Assembly: GCA_965202805.1 (NCBI GenBank)
Contig: OZ241869.1
Coordinates: 1,568,001 to 1,632,000 of the forward strand
DNA from: Longimicrobiales bacterium
Lineage (GTDB): Bacteria > Gemmatimonadota > Gemmatimonadetes > Longimicrobiales > Gaopeijiaceae
Reading direction: 5' to 3'
DNA: 64,000 nucleotides
Part shown: positions 60,332 through 64,000 of the stretch, piece after piece
Layout of the letters: the number at the start of each line of letters is the position of its first letter
How positions within the stretch are numbered: position 1 is the first letter of the stretch
Position numbers and translations under genes: made by a program
The notes under the pieces: generated by a model
The model's input: only the letters and a program-made list of their open reading frames with translations
Database searches by the model: none
Told to the model about the DNA's origin: nothing

Positions 60332-62812
60332 CTATTCTCTCTCTACGCCTTCCGCCGTCGCAGCGCCGATGTCCTGCCTGCTGCGGAAGGCGTCGCTCGC
60401 CACGACGCCCAGGATGAAGGACGAGATTCTGTAGTCGTTGGCTTCGGCCTCGCGCGCGATCGCCCGGATGGTCGGCCCGTCGTAGTACTCCACGCGGCGC
60501 CCGAGGGCGTACGCCAGCAGGTTCATGGTGAAGGTGCGCACCAGCGGAATCGGGCGCTCCAGGAGCGCGTCCGCGAGCTGAACCGAGTTGGTGAGCTGGG
60601 TACCGTCGTAGAGCTGGCCCCGGGCGTCGAGAGGGGATCCGCTCTCGCGAATCCGCCATTCCCCGGTCACGCCGAAGTTCTCCAGCGCCACCCCGATGGG
60701 GTCCATGAACTGATGGCAGGCGGCGCACACCGGGTTCCGCCGATGGATCTCCAGGCGCTCGCGCGTGGTGAGCAGCCGCCCCTCCCCTTCGTCCTCGGTC
60801 TCCTCGAGAGCGGGCACGTCGGGCGGAGGCGGCGGAGGCGGCGCGTCCAGCAGCACCTCCATCACCCATTTGCCGCGCAGCACCGGCGACGTCCGCGTGC
60901 CCATCGACGTGGACATCAGCACGCTGCCGTGCCCCAGCAGCCCCTGGCGCAGCATCCCCTCGGGGTATTCCACGCGCCGGAAGCCTTCCCCGACCACGCC
61001 CTGGATGCCGTAGTGCTCCGCCAGGCGCTGGTTCATGAAGCTGTAGTCGGCGCCGTAGAGCTCGAGCAGGCTCCGGTCCTCCCGGACCAGATGATCGAAG
61101 AACAGCTCGGTCTCGCGCCTCATGGCGGCCTTGAGCTGCTCGTTGAAGTGCGGGAACCAGAAGGCGTCCGGCTGCACCCTCTCGAGATCCTGGAGCCTCA
61201 GCCACTGCGTGCCGAAGCGGGTGGCCAGGCTCTCGGAGCGCGGGTCGGCCAGCATGCGGCGGACCTGCTGCTCCAGGACGCGGGGGTTCGAGAGCCGGTC
61301 GCGGCTCGCGAGCGAAACCAGTTCGTCGTCCGGCTGCGTTCCCCAGAGGAAGTAGGACAGCCGGGAGGCGAGGGCGAGGTCGCTGACCCGGTAGCTGCCG
61401 CCCGCCTCCGGCGCGTTCTCCGGGGCTTCCTCGATTCTGAACACGAAGTGCGGGCTGGCCAGGATGGCCTCGAGGACCGTGCGCACACCCGTCTCGAACC
61501 CCCCTTCGGCGGCCCCGACGTCGTAGAACGACATCAGACCGACGAGATCGGAGTCGGCGAGCGGCCGGCGATAGGCCTGCCGGGCAAGCCTGGCGGCGAT
61601 CTCGCGGGCACAGGGTCGTTCGGCCTCCGGCGAGGTGGGCCGGCAGGTGAAGACCCGCTGCCGGCTCGGCGTGTCGGAGACGCCCTGTGGATCCAGCGGC
61701 CCGCGGATGGTCAGGTCTCGCAGGTGGGTCAGAACGACGAAGCCGGTCCCGATGCGGAAGCGGACCCCGGCGTTGGACCAGCCGAAGGGCTCCTGCAGGT
61801 CGGCATAGGGCCCGTCCTGCTTCCTGATGAACGCCGCCGCGACCCGATGCTGGCCCGCGCTTACGAAGACGGGGTCGGTGAACTGGTTCCAGTTCGGGCC
61901 CAGGTCCGCGTCCCGGCGCAGTTCCTCCACCGGAAGCAGGGCGACACGCTCCCCGTCGATGGAGATGTCCATTTCCGCGAAGCGCTCATGGTCGCCCGCC
62001 CAGAAGGACATCTCGAAGACGTACTCGCCGTCGGCGGGGAAATGGTGGTCGACCACGATGCCGCCGCGGGTGCCGTAAGGGGCGCCCTCCACATGGTCCC
62101 ACTCGTGCTGGGACTGGTACGTCGAGACGAGATAGGTCTTGGAGTCCGAGGTCGCGCCGGGGTGCCCCAGCACCAGGCGGCTGACGTCGTTGGCGGCATT
62201 CAGATACGAGTTGAGAAGCGTGGGCGAGAGGGGCTGCGAGACCGCCATGTGGTCGAAGTTCCCGAGATAGAGATCCGGGGGAAGCCACTGGCTGGCGTCG
62301 ACGGCTATGCCGAAAAGGTCCTCGACGGCCTTTTCGTACTCGGCCCGGTTGAGCCGCTGGAAGCTGCGGTCGCCCGGGTTGGGGTTGGCGGCCGCGTAGT
62401 CGTCGATCGTCCGCTCGAGGGTCTCGACGAGCGCGAGCAGCGTGTCTCCCGCCGGACGGGGAATGCCGGGCGGCGGCATCATCCCCGTGCGCAGCTTGGC
62501 GATCATCCGTTCCGCCGTCTCCCAGTCGTCCCAGGGGGCGCCCACGTCGAAGCCCTGGACCGACATGTTTCCGGTCATCATGGCGTCGTTGTGACAGACC
62601 TGGCAGTACTGGCGGAGGACGGCGTTGAGCGCTTCGGACGGGGGAGCGTTGCGAAGGGCGGCCGGCTTGCCTGCCACGTCCGGACCCAGGCTCGTCGAGA
62701 GCGCCGTGGCGGGATGCCGGACCGAAGAGTGGGACGCCGGCGCGCGCCCTCCCTCATGGCCCACGAACAGGGCCAGACCCAGGAGCGAGATTCCTGGAAG
62801 GAAAGCTCTCAC
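60332..62812 (-). CDS. DUF1587/1592/1588/1595/1585 (PSD/PSCyt) cytochrome c-type protein
   Basis: CQVCH and CAACH heme motifs, RLNRAEY, LASRLSYFLW, RTSPVLRGKWV; GGAGG RBS before GTG. Confidence 0.93.
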   Translation of the reverse strand: MRAFLPGISLLGLALFVGHEGGRAPASHSSVRHPATALSTSLGPDVAGKPAALRNAPPSEALNAVLRQYCQVCHNDAMMTGNMSVQGFDVGAPWDDWETAERMIAKLRTGMMPPPGIPRPAGDTLLALVETLERTIDDYAAANPNPGDRSFQRLNRAEYEKAVEDLFGIAVDASQWLPPDLYLGNFDHMAVSQPLSPTLLNSYLNAANDVSRLVLGHPGATSDSKTYLVSTYQSQHEWDHVEGAPYGTRGGIVVDHHFPADGEYVFEMSFWAGDHERFAEMDISIDGERVALLPVEELRRDADLGPNWNQFTDPVFVSAGQHRVAAAFIRKQDGPYADLQEPFGWSNAGVRFRIGTGFVVLTHLRDLTIRGPLDPQGVSDTPSRQRVFTCRPTSPEAERPCAREIAARLARQAYRRPLADSDLVGLMSFYDVGAAEGGFETGVRTVLEAILASPHFVFRIEEAPENAPEAGGSYRVSDLALASRLSYFLWGTQPDDELVSLASRDRLSNPRVLEQQVRRMLADPRSESLATRFGTQWLRLQDLERVQPDAFWFPHFNEQLKAAMRRETELFFDHLVREDRSLLELYGADYSFMNQRLAEHYGIQGVVGEGFRRVEYPEGMLRQGLLGHGSVLMSTSMGTRTSPVLRGKWVMEVLLDAPPPPPPPDVPALEETEDEGEGRLLTTRERLEIHRRNPVCAACHQFMDPIGVALENFGVTGEWRIRESGSPLDARGQLYDGTQLTNSVQLADALLERPIPLVRTFTMNLLAYALGRRVEYYDGPTIRAIAREAEANDYRISSFILGVVASDAFRSRQDIGAATAEGVERE

Positions 62813-62980
62813 GAACACCTCCGCCTGCAGACGGTTGCGCGGGACGCGCGGGCACTGCCGGGGCACACGGCGCCCAAGCATAGCACCGCGTCAAGGTATG
62901 CTCCGAGGCTTCCCGCTGGCAAGCGCTGTGCTCCCGCGGTTTATGCGCTCCCGCGCTGTGCTCCCGCGGCGTCCCCGACC

Positions 62981-64000
62981 CTACATGCCGGCCGCCGCCA
63001 CGTACCTGGTGAAGGCTGAGCCCGCGTCGAAGAGCGAGGCCGGTCCTTCGGCCACGTAGACGTTGGAGTCCGCGTCCACCGCCACGCCTTCCCCCGCCAC
63101 GCCGTGATTCGGTCGGCTATCGGAGTCCCAGCCCGGAATGAAGCCCACGAGGGCGTCCCGGTCGACCGGCCCGATCCGGACCCCGTTCCTCCAGTTGATG
63201 TGCCGGAGACGGTTGGACTCGGAGTCGATGGCGTACACCATCTGGTCCTCGGTAATGAAGACGTCGCTGATGCGGCCATATTGATAACGCGACTCCAGGT
63301 AGTTCCCGTTCTGGTCATAGATTTCGAGGCGGTGGTTGCCCCGGTCCGCGACCCAGAGTCGACCCTGACCATCGAATGCCAGGGCGTGAGGGGTACGGAA
63401 CTGTCCGTGCTCCGTGCCGATCTCCCCCCACTCCATCAGGTAGTCGCCCTCCGGCGAAAACTTGACGATTCGGGCCGTCAGCCCGGCGTCCCGCGCCACC
63501 TCCATCTGTGCGTCGGTGGTCAGTCCCTGACCAGCGTGACCATCCGCGACGAAGATACTGCCGTCGGACCCGACGATGACGTCCGTGGGCTGGTTGAGTT
63601 GGCCTGGAGCGTCTCCGGGCTGCCCCGCGACGCCCAGGCTCATGAGCAGTTCTCCGGTCTGGGTGAACTTGTGCACCTGGTGACCCTTGGTGCCCGCCTC
63701 GTTTCCGGCGAAGTCGGTCACCCAGACGTTCCCGTCCTCGTCAACGTCGATGCCGTGCGGGGTGACGAAGATTCCCGCACCGAAGTTGGCGAGGATCTCT
63801 CCCGTGTTCCTGTCGAACTTGAAGATGGGGTCCACCGGGTTGTTGTCGCAGTTGATCCCGGGTCCTCCCGCGGAGCCCGCCGCACAGCGCTCATACCCCC
63901 AGACGTGCCCGTCCGTCGGGTCGATGTCCACGCCCGCGGTGGATCCCCATTGCCGTCCCTCGGGGAGCGTCGCCCAGCTGCCGATGCGCGTCGGGTTCGG
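62981..64000 (-). CDS. NHL-repeat beta-propeller (peptidyl-alpha-hydroxyglycine lyase-like), 5' part outside the window
   Basis: PHGIDVD, NQPTDV, FRTPHALAFD, VADRGNHR; frame open to the window edge (PNPTRIGSWATLPEGRQWGSTAG). Confidence 0.92.
   Translation of the reverse strand, partial: PNPTRIGSWATLPEGRQWGSTAGVDIDPTDGHVWGYERCAAGSAGGPGINCDNNPVDPIFKFDRNTGEILANFGAGIFVTPHGIDVDEDGNVWVTDFAGNEAGTKGHQVHKFTQTGELLMSLGVAGQPGDAPGQLNQPTDVIVGSDGSIFVADGHAGQGLTTDAQMEVARDAGLTARIVKFSPEGDYLMEWGEIGTEHGQFRTPHALAFDGQGRLWVADRGNHRLEIYDQNGNYLESRYQYGRISDVFITEDQMVYAIDSESNRLRHINWRNGVRIGPVDRDALVGFIPGWDSDSRPNHGVAGEGVAVDADSNVYVAEGPASLFDAGSAFTRYVAAAGM

Noticed and set aside
62923..62969. Short tandem repeat GCGCTGTGCTCCCGCGG (period 30) as a CRISPR array
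   Set aside because: Only two 17-bp copies with a related intervening unit, no unique spacers and no cas genes.
57148..63019. Plus-strand ORFs of 1089 aa and 1008 aa
   Set aside because: Antisense shadows of the ankyrin, DUF1552 and DUF1592 genes.

Overview
High-GC (about 70% by eye) bacterial chromosomal window. The gene mix (sponge-symbiont SupA-type PKS, SusC/SusD pair, DUF1592/DUF1552/ankyrin cluster, many secreted hydrolases) suggests a marine-sponge-associated Gemmatimonadota-like organism; this is an inference. From left to right the window holds: (1) a type I PKS of more than 2180 aa (KS-AT-DH-cMT-ER, running off the window edge and absent from the ORF track), with a DUF5916 gene directly upstream and SupE-like permease and SupD-like hydrolase genes nearby; (2) greA, purE, tyrS and a menF-menD-menB-menA-menE run lacking menC and menH; (3) transport and secreted-hydrolase genes, including a 5'-truncated epimerase; (4) DNA-repair genes (Ada/Cada2-like, xth, Fpg/Nei) around a DtxR-FeoA/FeoB operon with twin operator boxes; (5) tandem lipoprotein paralogues; (6) an NHL-DUF1592-DUF1552-ankyrin-SusC-SusD run. 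No rRNA, tRNA, CRISPR array or transposase was seen. The most unusual signals are a structured ~280-nt transcript candidate with a 13-nt anti-SD complement and a 17-codon sORF, a 69-bp dispersed repeat that may supply the start codon and signal-peptide n-region of two unrelated secreted enzymes, a permease fused to a degenerate RsbW-like domain, and a 28-bp 11-6-11 dif-like palindrome.
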